From Macrostomum lignano (lineage: Eukaryota): 64,000 bases of DNA. The position numbers and the translations under genes are program-made. The stretch covers positions 186,001 through 250,000 of the forward strand of contig NIVC01001574.1 in NCBI GenBank assembly GCA_002269645.1, written 5' to 3'. Of the stretch, positions 12,753-26,314 are shown piece after piece. The first letter of the stretch is position 1. Each line of letters starts with the position of its first letter. The notes under the pieces are model-generated. The model was not told the DNA's origin and did not search any database. It was given only the letters and a program-made list of their open reading frames with translations.

Positions 12753-13411
12753 CTGTAATGAACGTGCAACCGAGAGAATCGTGTATTAGTCAAGAGTGTC
12801 AAAAAGCATATTATATAGAGAGGGGCGAGGGGGGCTGAGCAATCGATAGCAACGTACATGATTGGGGGACGGGCGGCTGGGGTGCAGGTGAGCGTACAAT
12901 CAATTATAATTACAAGTGCATCAATGGCAATTCTCTCTTCTAATAGCAAAAAATCAAAAGAAGTTAGAAGCAATTGCTCGAAGGAGTTATCGCTTCCAAA
13001 ACATTTCATTTTCTGCGCTTTAGGCATGCGCGAGAACTCAAAAATATTTCTTTTAAAACAAATGCAAAAAAATATTTTTCTTAATATTTTTGAGACAAAA
13101 AACCAACGACGAAATTCGATTTAAACAAGGAATAAAAATATTTGAAATACTTTCTCAGCAACAAAATCAGCGGATTAATCCTAATCTCTGCATTGAAAAT
13201 CCATGCAACAGTCTTTGAAAACAAACAAAAGTCACTGTCCCTATCACTCACACGTCATGTCTGTAGCGGAGAGGCGGAATGCCCTTTGTGGCCCTGGCAG
13301 AGCGGCGCGGTGAGACAGTAAGTTTGCTGGGAGAATTGCGCAGGAAGAAGAAAGCCAGCTGCGACTTCGATACCAGCCCCAACTCTGGCGCAAGCCGACC
13401 CTTCGGTCAAC

Positions 13412-14278
13412 ATGCAGCAGGGTGGTTCATATTTTGCAAAAGGTTTGAAGGTTAGATTTTAAAATAAGGCAATCAAATGCAACGTTAGCGTAAAGCTTGT
13501 TACCGCAATATACCAATATTGATGGGCTGCACAGGGCAGAAATGAGCTATAACGCCGAGGCGCGTAGCGCTGAGTAGTGTTAGCTCGTTTCTGCCCGATG
13601 CGGCCCATCCATTTTAGTGTTGTAGTTAGCGGGCGTGAAACCGCGTTTCACGGGCCGCTGAGACTGTCTATGGTAAAATCGCATTTACTCCAATGCATTC
13701 AGTCGATTTCACGCCCGCTGAAAATGTCTAAGGCAAAGTCAGAAGAAAGCGGGGTCAAGGGGGCACTGAGCCCCCTTGCGGGGGTGTGGGGGCGGAGCCC
13801 CACATTAGCACTCCAGCACACAAGACAAAGAAAGAAATAATGAAATCCAAAAATTTTCTATGGCCAAAACTCCTTATTTTGCGAATTGAAAAAATAGTAA
13901 CTGATACTAAGAATTATTAAGCAGCACTAAGCTTTACTTTTAAAATTTTAAGTTGTAGAAACATTAACTAGATACTTATATGCATACGAGTTTTTTTACT
14001 TATTGAAGTTGGCCATAGATTATTGCAGCGGGCGGGATGCCGTGCGTTTCTCCCCGTTTCAACACGCCTAGGCTAACTATAACAACTGCACCCTCCCCAG
14101 TGCAATCACCTCAGTCAACCACGCAGCTCATCGACCCAGTGATTTTCATTTAAAATTGATCACTTAGCTGCGTTCAGTAGCTTGTAGGTAATTCGGCGTG
14201 ACTGGATCAGATTATGACAACTTGCATTGCAGCCATAAACTATAAGTTTTAAAACCACAGATGGGTAAAAGCGGTACT
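13412..14278 (+). repeat. Dispersed repeat copy A carrying a ~575-bp insertion (~13510-14087)
   Basis: 13412-13509 matches 17043-17138 and 14088-14278 matches ~17170-17357. The insert has GC hairpins at 13755-13802. Confidence 0.85.
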
Positions 14279-15462
14279 TTAGATTGAATTGGAGTCTTAG
14301 ACTACTGGCAGTATTATTGAATGATTCCTGCCTCAGCAACAGCACTACTGAACAAAATGAGCAAAAGTGTGCGCCTAATTCAGCTACTGCAACAGGGGAC
14401 AGAAAAGGGATCACCCAATCAAGCAAGTCTAGGTAGCCTCTCACCCAACCAATCAGAAACTCAACAGCCGGAGACCAGGTATTCCACAGTGACCGAATCG
14501 GCTCGATGCTCTGCAGCTGTAGACTCGGGATGATGCTGTCACAATCTTCGCTGTTAGCTAGCAGGTGATGCTCTTAACTGGATGTTCGCTGCTGTCGACC
14601 GGGGGACTCGTCCTTGATGATGATGGGGGAAGTTGCAATCCGGGGATCAAGAAACGACGGTCGTGCTCCGGGAACCAGAAGTTGCGCGCTGGGCCCGAGC
14701 CAAAGTAAGAAGAAGTAGTGTCCGAGCGGGCCAAAAACTCCGGTTTAAATAGCCGCCAACTGAACCGCAGTTTGTTATAACGGAACACGTCGATTCTGAT
14801 TGGCTGAGCCGTTTTGTTAAAATGAGCGCCGAATTTTCTGATTGGCTAAGCTCGTTGCTACCCAGAATCACGTGACCGAGAGATCCTATCAGTTCCCACA
14901 GGGTCGTAAAAAGATGACAGGTGCGGCCATAAATCACTCAAAATCGCAACAAAATGATTTATGACTTTTCGCGTAGGATTGACAGAAATTAATGAAAAAA
15001 TATACATTAGAAAGCTCTTATTAAATAGAAAGTGAAGATAATGAAGAGAAATCGCTAATCGCTAATCCCAAGGTACTTTTAGGGGTAAAACGCATAGCTG
15101 TCAAAGCTGTCACACGCTTGAGTGAATCCGAACAATAGGCTCTGACCTCATAAATCTTGATGGCCTGTCAAAATGATGAGAAAAAAGCTACCGCCCGCAT
15201 CCTCTCAGACCATCTGGCGCCCGTCTCAACACTGAGTGAGGCGCAGGTGGCTGTCAGACCAACTTCGGAAGCGATGATTTACGACTCAAAAAGCTACGCC
15301 TATGTTATTAAGACTACTAGTATGGCCAGACATTATATCTAGTATAGATTCTATGACAATTTGCAGAAAAAAGATAAAAATGTCCCTTGCCCACTGTTAG
15401 TAGGCTAGTAAGTTTCGAGCCCATGTGCTAGCGCGGGATTTGGGAAAAAGTGCGTCCTCATC

Positions 15463-15733
15463 AGTAGTATTAGTAGTATTAGTAGTAGCAGTAGTAGCAG
15501 TAGTAGCAGTAGTAGCAGTAGTAGCAGTAGTAGCAGTAGTAGCAGTAGTAGCAGTAGTAGCAGTATTAGCAGTAGTAGCAGTTGTATCAGTAGTATCAGT
15601 AGTAGCAGTAGTAGCAGTATTAGCAGTTGTATCAGTAGTAGCAGTTGTATCAGTAGTAGCAGTAGTAGCAGTATTAGCAGTAGTATCAGTAGTATCAGTA
15701 GTATCAGTAGTATCAGTAGTATCAGTAGTAGTA
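15463..15733. repeat. (AGTAGCAGT)n-type 3/9-bp microsatellite
   Basis: Direct inspection. Confidence 0.95.
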
Positions 15734-15777
15734 ATTCAGGCAATCAGAAGTGAAGGAGAAGTGAGAAACTTCGTCCC

Positions 15778-16300
<523 letters not shown>

Positions 16301-17042
16301 AACTGCAAGCCGCATAATTGTGCAAGATTCCCATTTGACTCGCTATAATAATAAAAACTAAACGTGTCTGTTGATTACTTTAAATAATACTCAAACACAA
16401 CTTAAGACAATCTGTCGCAGTCACTCTGTCAGATGTGTGTTCTTACCATGCCTGATTAAATATAAGCAAAATCTGAACTGTTAAGCCTTGTTTTAAAAGC
16501 ACAAACTCTGCGATGTTTTATTTTCTGTTTTAATATGCTCTTGATGCATAAAGACGTTTGTTTCTAGAAAAAAGAATAGCCGACAACTCATAAGCAGCTG
16601 CGTAAAGCTAATCTGTATGTCAGGGAGTACGGGGATTAAAAATGCCTCGTTACCTGGCGGGGATGTAACTTGGCTTTCTGACTGAGGCCGAGAATAGATC
16701 AGAGTTGATTGATTGACTTGACTGGTTGGTAGTGATTGACTTATTGATAGTTGGCAAATCTTTATCTGCCTCCGAAAAATACGCAAATTCTCGGCACAAT
16801 CACTTGCTCTAAATCCGAAGGCTGCCGAAATTGAATGCAGTTTGCCGAATTAAAATATCAGTTTGTCTAAATATAAACTCGTGTTGTCTGTTCAAATTGG
16901 TTCTTGGTTAGTCGAATTCGAATGCAGTTTGGATATCCGGCCTTAGCTGATGCCGAAAATAAAAGCCAGTTTGCCGAAATTGAATGCAGTTTTGTCGAAA
17001 TTTATAACGCAAAAAGGTGTATCAAATGAAAACATTTGGTCA

Positions 17043-17357
17043 ACAGCAGGGTGGTTCGTATTTTGCAAAAGGTTTGAAGTTTAGATTTGAAAATAAGGCA
17101 ATCAAATGCAACGGTAGCGTAAAGCTTGTTACCGCAACAGTGCCCTCACCCCAGAAAAACCCACCAGTTCACCCTCCCCAGTGCAATCACCCCAGTCAAC
17201 CCCGCAGCTCATCGACCCAGTGATTTTCATTTAAAATTGATCACTTAGCTGCGTTCAGTAGCTTGTAGGTAATTCGGCGTGACTGGATCAGATTATGGCA
17301 ACTTGCATTGCAGCCATAAACTATAAGTTTTAAAACCACAGATGGGTAAAAGCGGTA
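17043..17357 (+). repeat. Dispersed repeat copy B (uninterrupted)
   Basis: Near-identical to both halves of copy A. Confidence 0.85.
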
Positions 17358-17486
17358 GTGCATACGAGCTATAGCTATGTATATGTAACACTTATCGTTA
17401 AGTTGCTTGCAGACGACAGAAGCCAGTGATTTTCCCAACAACTTTCACAACTGCAGAGACTTTACCAGCCGTCAAATCTGCAGCAA

Positions 17487-18721
17487 ATGCTGGCGCAGCA
17501 CCTTTGGCCGATGGCTGCTCTCGTTTTGACTGGCGCACTGCTCGGTGAGTTCGAGTTCGCTGTTGAGCATGGCTCTTATCTCTTTTGAAAAGTACCGTCA
17601 GACACTCGTGCGTTACTCGTTGGCATAGAAGCCGGTTTTTCTCTTTTAGGCCGAGCTCAGGTCAATGCGAAGTCAAACGACACAATTAACTGCTACAGTG
17701 GCTGGGATGTTTACGTGACTAGCGAATTTCCCAAGGGCATGAAGACCTGTCGCAGCTCGACCGTCTGCTCCGAGTATCAATCGTGGAAGAACTGGAAAGA
17801 GAGACCCGGCTTTTTTGTGAGCAGCTCATCATCTGATTGAGTGATTGTACAGGCTTGGGTATCTCAGTTGCAGTTGGCAGTTGCTGACCTCAGAATAGGG
17901 AGAGAGCCATCAGAGAATGCAGCTTTTTCATGCAACTTTGTTGGCTTGTTGCGGATTCATACAAAATTAGGACGACAGAACCCGCCCGAGTCTCAAACAG
18001 AGTTCTGTATTTTCAACTCAAGAAAACTCATTACTATACTCGTAGCTACAAGCATATACAATGAAATCACTTGTGCTTCAGGAACTCTATATGCACTGCG
18101 GACCCTGCTCTGATCACGAATTCACGGAAGGGAACTTTACTCAGTGCCGCGACTGCATCACGGATTTGTGCAACGACAAATTCGCCAAACAGCTGGTGCC
18201 GAAACGTCAGAGTTTAATCACCTGCTACGCTTCATCAAACTTTGAAGAGGCAAAGATTTTTCATCCGATATGGAGGCTGTGCCCCAGAGAACACGGCTGC
18301 GGCACAGGTTTTGTTTTAAACGGTGTAAGTTGTCCAGTTTACTCAAAATTTTCGCATCCATACAAAACTAAGCTGTCAGATTCCCAGCTGTCGCATTGAT
18401 CCCAACAAAACCATTCGATCGTCCACTCTGCTCAAATTCCAGTTGACAGCGGTTGGCTGTGGGAACGACTGCGAGGATCTCGGCTGGAAAATGTGCAGCC
18501 GCTGCTACAGCCGCCTGTGCAACGACAGGGGCGACTATTGGAATTACGGAGATCCAGATGCCAAACCGAGGCCTTATCTAAAAGACAGGAAGCTTCTCAG
18601 CGATGAGGCAGTTTCTGTGAGCAGCCCGGTGACCCGACCGACCGCCCTGGTGTCCGTTCTCTCACTGGTGACAGCGCCGGCTCTGGGGCTGGTCTGGCAT
18701 CAGCAACTGCTCATGCCCTAG
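17487..18721 (+). CDS. Two-domain Ly6/uPAR-like (three-finger/quiver-like) GPI-anchored protein, 248 aa; join(17487..17544,17650..17816,18082..18324,18443..18721)
   Basis: Signal peptide MLAQHLWPMAALVLTGALLG; GT-AG sites with consistent phases (1,0,0). Two Cys-rich domains start with CY and end CITDLCN and CYSRLCN; hydrophobic C-terminal GPI-type signal. Confidence 0.88.
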
Positions 18722-19104
18722 CTTGAATAGCTGCACTGTGTGCTCAGGACCCAAGTACTCAGCGAATTTGCCTGCTTCAGTTTTCTGTAGGAGTAGCTCG
18801 GTCAGTAGATGGGCTGGAATATTGCATGCGCAATTAGATTTGCTGCAGACTTACTCGTAGTTTTCAAATGTTGCTCTTCGTTGAGCAGCAGTGTTGCTTT
18901 TGAATTTACATTTGGCTGTGCCAGAGCAAGTTATTGAGTCAATATAACACTTTTCCGTTTGCACATAAAATTACAGATTGCAAAAATGCGCCCAACTCAT
19001 AAATTTACTGGCTTAATTTGGCTATCCCCGAGCAAGTAATTCCTCTTTGTTAATTCCGCAGTCGGAGCACGAAAGCAGCCATCGGTGCCGCTCATCCCCT
19101 CGTA

Positions 19105-19170
19105 TCTAGTTACTCTAGTTACTCTAGTTACTCTAGTTACTCTAGTTACTCTAGTTACTCTAGTTACTAA
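19105..19170. repeat. (CTAGTTACT)n 9-bp tandem repeat
   Basis: Direct inspection, ~7 copies. Confidence 0.9.
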
Positions 19171-21314
19171 TGTTACTTGGACGCAAAGAGTAGAACAAGT
19201 GTTACAGGGGTCTTGGGGAAGGGAAGTTTACCAAATCTGTCGTGGGGGGAATTTATGGGATTCTTGGGATTTCTGAAAGATATGCTAGTTTTATTACTAA
19301 TAGGAGTAAGCCAATGGTTGCTCCTGGTGGCGTGAGTGTCCGAGCGGCAAGACACTGTCTATATATCTCTATTCAGTCCGAGTATTTAGAGGGGGGGGAG
19401 TAAGGGCTTCGCGGTGGACTTGAGTTGCCTGAGGAAATTAGCGCACTGGGGAACTCTAATATTCAGCGGGGAATGCCTGGCATCAGGGGGTATCCAGATG
19501 GGGAATTAAGAAGGCAATATACCTAATCCAGGAATGAAGGGAGGCTAGGATTTTAGCCTTAGTAAGGAGGCAATATGCCTGATGCGGGAAGTAGATAGAT
19601 AACTTAGGCAATAGGCCTAGTGGGATAAGGAGGCAATATGCCTGATGTGGGAGTTAAAGCCAGGGCAAACAGGGAGTCTGGTTGGGGAGTTGGCTGATCG
19701 CCGGATCAACTGAGGGGTCTGGGAGTAGGGAGAGGCTGTACGCCTATTCAGCTTGGGAGGAAGGGGGGTTGCAATTCGCCAGAAAGGGAAGGGGTTGTAC
19801 GCTCTCGAGAGAGGAGTATAGGGGTAAAGGGGTGACTGTTTGCCTTTAAAGAACCGAGTCTGACTCAATAGCTATTTTTAGAACAAGGCGGCACTAAGGC
19901 CTAATAGCTAGAAGGCGGTAAGTCAGATCGCCAGGACGCAGGCAAGTAGCTCCTCTATCCATATATTTAGCTTCTTTATATAGCAAAAATAAAAAAATGG
20001 CGGACAATTATAAACAAATAGTACGTCTCGAAATGGTTAAAAGATTGTAAGTTAGCAAAATAAGAACTTATTAGCGCAAATATATATATATTCAGCATCA
20101 TACTATAATTAGAACTATTTTTAAGAATATTTCAAACGTTAAAAACGAGCTATAGAAGGAATAGGCAGAATATATAAACTTTATTGAGGCACACAGAACA
20201 TACTAAACAAATCAACTGTCTCACAAGCGATCACCAAAACTTCGAAGTATTTATTTAAAGGCAAAGTCTATAGCAGCCATCGACCCCGACCGCAGTAGCC
20301 TTGCTGGCGTAACAGCCTTGTTCAGAGTTTGTCGCCGGCAAGCGCGGTCTAGATAGTATTGTGTCGAGCCGTCTGATCGAACGGGCGAGCGCGAGTTCGC
20401 TTCAGTCCGTTGGCCAGACTGAGCTTCGATTCTGAGCTTCCTAAACTTCCTAAGTACTGTTCCCAAGTCCAGTACAATTCCAAAAGTAGTAACTCAAACA
20501 CGAAAACTTACTGGCAATGATCAACTCAGTGTATGAACGACTCTGTGGAGAACAGGTGGCGTGATTAGCTAAGTGGATAGTTTCGGTAGTAAGTATTCTG
20601 TTTGATGGTCGAGTTTAAGTTGCAAGCCTGCGCGCCCCCTGCTCACCGCCAGCGATTCTCATTATATTTCGGCTGCCTAGTTTAAGCCCTATGGTCCCAC
20701 GCCAGACGGCACTAGACACGCCAGAGGGGTCAAAAATGCAATGTGTAACAAAATCAGCCAATCAAAAGAATGGGGGGGATTGGGGTGATGCAAACGTGGG
20801 GCAGGGGGCGATGCAAACAAACGGGGGCGAAAAAACTGCAAGGGGGGTTTGGCGTAGGCAGAAAGAGGGCACAAACATTTTAGGGGGGGGGTAAAAGTGC
20901 AGCGTCGGGCCCACCTGCCTGAGAGTCAAAGATCGCTCATCAGTGCAAGGCACCCCGGCACAACAGTAGGAGCTGTCGGTTTGACACAGTACGCGACCTC
21001 GATCCCGAGGGCCACAGTGTTGCACTGAAGGACATATCTTCTTTTAGGATTTGGGATTTAGGATTTAGGATTTGGCCAAAAAATCGATGAACTGTCCAGC
21101 CGTCTGAGTCCTCGTCTGAGTGTAGGACCTTTGGGATTAGGCCAGGTGTTTTCTCCGTTAGTCCTGTGTTCTGCATGGTTTCATCTGTTCACGTCTTCTT
21201 CCAGCGCTGAGATCCGCTTGTAAATTTGCGTTGTTTATATTGGGGTCGTACTACATGCATAAAGCTGTCGTAGCGTAAATTCGATCGTACGTCTAAACTT
21301 TTACACTGCAAAGA

Positions 21315-22424
21315 TAGGAGCTATGAGCTGCATAAAATGCAGTCATATTTGCAAATTACGCAGCAAGTTTTAGGTGCAGCCGTCCTTTGCAAATATGACT
21401 GCATTTTATTCAGCTCATATCCCTCCGTGGTTGAAAAAACTTCGACACCTCGAAGCATAGTTTAAAGTTGAACCGTGCTGGAAAACACCAGTCATGAGTA
21501 TAGCTAGTAATGTTGGTCTCCTCCAGCCGGGTCGCTACCATTCTTCAATTCGCGCTGCTCTAAGGGGGTCAGCCTTGAAGTCCGCCACCTCGGAAACGGG
21601 CATGCAGTCCTCGTGAGCTATCTTAAGTAGCTTCACTGGCATGTCTCTTGCATGCACAGATCGTGCTCCGGTCTTCCTGCCGGATGCACCGCAGACTTCC
21701 CTCACAGTCTTCTTGCTGTGGGGAGGCGACTCTTGGCCTTTGGGCCGAAACACTGCTCCGCTTTTGAGACGCATCGCCTCTCAGGGCAGGAAAATTGATC
21801 TGCATGCCGGTCGCCGAGACAGTGACGCCGGGGCTGACTCTCTTCTTGTCGATCCATCCGAACGGCAGTTGAACACGCGTCAGTTGGGGCGGCGGCTGCA
21901 CCGTGGTGGCAGTTAAACTGAACCACCGTTGCGACTTAATGCCGTCAAGCACGCCAACGACGCAAGATGTCCTCTGGTCGCCGGATCTCGATTTGCTGAT
22001 GTTGTGCTGTCCTTCAACCGGCTTCTATTCAACCCTCCGTTATCCTTCGTGACAGGAACTTCATCTAGCAGACTCACGCGATCAGGGAACCATTGTAACA
22101 GGTAGGATTTTGTGTCCATCCTGCCTGCACCTTCTGCTCACGTCGGATAACAAAGAATTGAACTCGAAGCACGGCTTTTCTGGGCCCAGGCTGCTGCGGC
22201 CTACAGCCCAGCCGAGGCAATGGCCATGCCTTTAGGCCCGCAGATGCGGGCGAGAGGAAAGTGAAGCGAGCGCCTCCACTGTCTCTCCTTTTTATTTAAA
22301 ACATAAGCATACGCGTGAGAACGAAAATTCTTATGTTACACAGAAAAAATGAAAATTGCGCAGTAGTTTAGGTGCAGCCGTCCTTTGCAAATATGACTGC
22401 ATTTTATGCAGCTCATAGGAGCTA
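21315..22424. mobile_element. Non-autonomous TIR DNA transposon (MULE-like or Academ-like)
   Basis: 32-bp inverted repeats TGAGCTGCATAAAATGCAGTCATATTTGCAAA at 21324 and ending 22415, flanked by direct TAGGAGCTA (21315-23 and 22416-24). Alternative reading: TAG...CTA termini with a 3-bp AGA TSD. Interior has stop-riddled Cys-containing coding remnants on the minus strand. Confidence 0.8.
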
Positions 22425-23782
22425 AGATCGACCTTATCTTACGATGACTTTATAGAGCGGGCCCATTATTTATTATTCAAGTATTAAATTGCGTTTGGGG
22501 ATTGCGTCATCTAACCCGTGTAATTCTTAATTAATCAAATTAAAGCATTTGAGTCTTAATGTCAGTCAGCATCATTATCATTTGAAATAGGATTATCACT
22601 CAATCTAAATCTATCTGGAATCGTGTTCAACCGTGTTCTTTATTTACTTGTACCGTACCTGCGACTATTGGAGAAAGCTTGTAAGACTCGTCGACCGGCG
22701 ATAGGCAAATAGGACCATGCAGTAGTGTGACGTTGCTAGTTTAAATGGTCCCGCAAAAGGGCCGTTGGACTATAGTTTCCCTTGCAATTTCTCATATTAA
22801 TTTCTCCAATAGTTTATTTCAACGTTTACTTATAGTAGCGTGCAAATAATCTGTATCAACTGCTATTTCACTGTGTATTTGGTAGGCCTTGCGCTCGTCT
22901 GTGAATTTTGGCACGATCGATAATTTCAAGTTCTCTCGCCAGCCAATGAAAACTCTCCGTGTTTTACGCTACCCCCTTTTGCGCTCTTTATTAACCCTCG
23001 CCTGGCGGGCTGGGGGCTTCTCTTGTGTTCTGTGTTCTCTCTCCTTAGGCTTGTCCTCCGTCCCGTCTGGCTTGCCTAGCCTTGTCTAGCCTTGTTTTCC
23101 TTCTCTCTGTCTGGCTGCCTCGAGCCTCCTTATCTCACGCCACGGCTGACGCCAACCTCGCCACTGCTCATCTGCCTGCCTACTGCGTCTCACTGCCTTC
23201 ACTGTGCTCATTGCCATTGCTCCTCACGTTACGTCGCCATTGCATCATTCGTCTGCCACTTGACTTCACATTCAATTTATCTTCAAAAACCATTGTTGCA
23301 GCCGCCAGTGCCCAGAAAGCTATAGTTTGTGTATTGACAGTAATAGCCAAGCCTAATATTGATACTACCAATCAAAACAACTACGGCAGTTCCTGCCTTT
23401 ATCGCCAAGTGCTCCGCTACAAAATCTGCTTTACAAGAGTTGACTTCAACTTATTTTGAGACTACGACTCACTACAACTCTCGTCAAAACGGCCCTTTCA
23501 AGGGTCATAGCCATAGTTAGCCGCTACGCCAATAACGTGACAGTAGCTTTAAAATCTCCGATCGCTCCAATCAATAAGTTCGGCTAAGGCCTAAACTATT
23601 TGCCGTATCGCAATGTATTAAATATTACACTAGAATCTCTCGTTATTGGCTGGCATCTGTAATTATGACGCTTGCCAGTCACGAAGCGCTTGAATCGGTT
23701 GGCAGAGATTAAAAAACGGTGCACGGCCAACATAGCTATGCTCGTATGAAATGAAGCCGAATCTGAAGTACGAGTAATTACA

Positions 23783-25092
23783 GTAGTGACAGTCACAGTA
23801 ACATTGACAGTGACATTGACAGTGACAGTGACAGTGACAGTCACAGTAACATTGACAGTGACATTGACAGTGACAGTGACAGTGACAGTGACATTGACAG
23901 TGACAGTGACATTGACAGTGACAGTGACAGTGACAGTGACAGTCACAGTAACATTGACAGTGACATTGACAGTGACAGTGACAGTGACAGTGACAGTGAC
24001 ATTGACAGTGACAGTGACATTGACAGTGACAGTGACAGTGACAGTGACAGTGACAGTGACAGTGACATTGACAGTGACAGTGACATTGACAGTGACAGTG
24101 ACAGTGACAGTGACATTGACAGTGACAGTGACAGTGACAGTGACATTGACAGTGACAGTGACAGTGACATTGACAGTGACAGTGACAGTGACAGTGACAT
24201 TGACAGTGACGGTGACATTGACTGTGACAGTGACAGTGACAGTGACATTGACAGTGACATTGACAGTGACGGTGACATTGACAGTGACAGTGACATTGAC
24301 AGTGACAGTGACAGTGACAGTGACATTGACAGTGACAGTGACAGTGACAGTGACAGTGACGGTGACAGTGACAGTGACATTGACTGTGACAGTGACAGTG
24401 ACAGTGACAGTGACATTGACAGTGACAGTGACAGTGACATTGACAGTGACGGTGACGGTGACAGTGACAGTGACAGTGACAGTGACAGTGACATTGACAG
24501 TGACAGTGACAGTGACAGTGACAGTGACAGTGACAGTGACATTGACAGTGACAGTGACATTGACATTGACAGTGACAGTGACAGTGACAGTCACAGTAAC
24601 ATTGACAGTGACATTGACAGTGACAGTGACAGTGACAGTGACATTGACAGTGACAGTGACATTGACAGTGACAGTGACAGTGACAGTGACAGTGACAGTG
24701 ACAGTGACAGTGACAGTGACATTGACAGTGACGGTGACATTGACTGTGACAGTGACAGTGACAGTGACAGTGACATTGACAGTGACGGTGACATTGACAG
24801 TGACAGTGACAGTGACATTGACAGTGACGGTGACATTGACAGTGACATTGACAGTGACGGTGACATTGACTGTGACAGTGACAGTGACAGTGACAGTGAC
24901 AGTGACATTGACAGTGACATTGACAGTGACAGTGACAGTGACAGTGACAGTGACAGTGACAGTGACATTGACATTGACAGTGACAGTGACAGTGACATTG
25001 ACAGTGACAGTGACATTGACAGTGACAGTGACATTGACAGTGACAATGACATTGACATTGACATTGACAGTGACAGTGACAGTGCCAGTGAC
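23783..25092. repeat. (GTGACA)n hexanucleotide satellite with TTGACA variants
   Basis: Direct inspection. Confidence 0.98.
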
Positions 25093-25710
25093 TATGCTAT
25101 TTTCTCATCTTTTGTTACACTTTTGCATTCAGCTGACTGTGCTGCCTAGTACTCTCGTTATCAAAATTTGAATACGTACCTTCTCTGATTGTGCCCGATT
25201 GGCATGTTTTGCATATTGTATGAGTGCACTCCTAATATGATTGTTCACACAATCACAAAGTGATCACCTTTCTTTCGTTACTTAATTTTTAAATCAGTCG
25301 TGTAAATGGTTCGAAGAGTAATGTCAGTAGACATGTGTCCAGAAACCGTGGATAAAGCTATGCTACTATCGCGATGCAATGCATCGACAGTGGCGATGCG
25401 ACAAATATAAGTTCCTTACCGACCTCCAGCTCGTTTCCAAGAAAACCAAGTGCTGCCTCCTTTTACTGCACCTGTGCACGTTGTCACTCTGAACCTCCTA
25501 ACCCGTGCTAAAAGCTCCGAAAGTGTTTTACCATATTGGTCGGGACAACAAGTGACAAAAGCAACGGGAATTACTGGATTCATCCAATTAACGCTGTTCT
25601 CCGAATGGGGGGGGATCCAGTCAAGCTAAAAATGACTCCGCATCCTCGAATGGCTGATTTTTGCGGGTATAGTCATAGGAAGAAAGTGATTGAAAAAGTA
25701 AAATAAAAAA

Positions 25711-26314
25711 ATGCCAAGCAGTCTCCTCCTACGCTTCATTGTTGCCATGGGCACCGCTGCCTCGTTTCTCTTTGCTGCCGAGGGCGGCAACTTGGCCCTG
25801 CAATTCACCAAGTCCAGCAGTGACAGCGCTGTCGCTCCGGAGCAAGCGAGCTCGGCTGCGGCTTCTTGTGCGGCCGCAGGCCGGGCAGCTTCGGCTTCTA
25901 CTGGCTGTTTGGAGTGTGTCGGCTGTTCGACATGCAGACGTTCTTCGATGCCAGCGCCTGGGTCAGCACCGGCATGTGCGACGTCTTTGTACTAGGTAGG
26001 CTTTTTGTAAAGTCTTCAAGAGCCCACTGCATATAGATCGGTATTGATAGCCTATGCAATGACTTTAACTCTCATGTCTTTTCGTCTCGGATTCAGTTTT
26101 TGAGAAGCTGCGCATGCAGATTCCCGACTGCGAACAGAGCTCAACAGATTGGGACAGAGTCTGCGATCCGGCCATTGACGGCAACACGAACTCGATCCAG
26201 CACGCGCACACTCCAAAGAACATAAATGGCACAAACGAGTGGTGGGAGGCCGGCGTCGCAGTCCCGTCTCTCGTGTTCTTCGTCACCATCTACAACAGGC
26301 AGGACTGCTGCGCT
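25711..26314 (+). pseudogene. PAN-like + F-type lectin (fucolectin) gene, frameshifted and LINE-interrupted
   Basis: Signal-like MPSSLLLRFIVAMGTAASFLFAAEG; shifted frame RCRSGASELGCGFLC...GFYWLFGVCRLF; phase-1 intron 25996-26096. Exon 2 reads CEQSST...PAIDGN...HAHT...EWW...VTIYNRQDCC (F-type lectin motifs), then switches to LINE sequence. Confidence 0.8.

Noticed and set aside
23596-25171. Long VT/SL-repeat ORFs, superficially like ice-binding or mucin proteins
   Set aside because: (GTGACA)n hexamer satellite open in multiple frames; no ATG or signal context and no unique domains.
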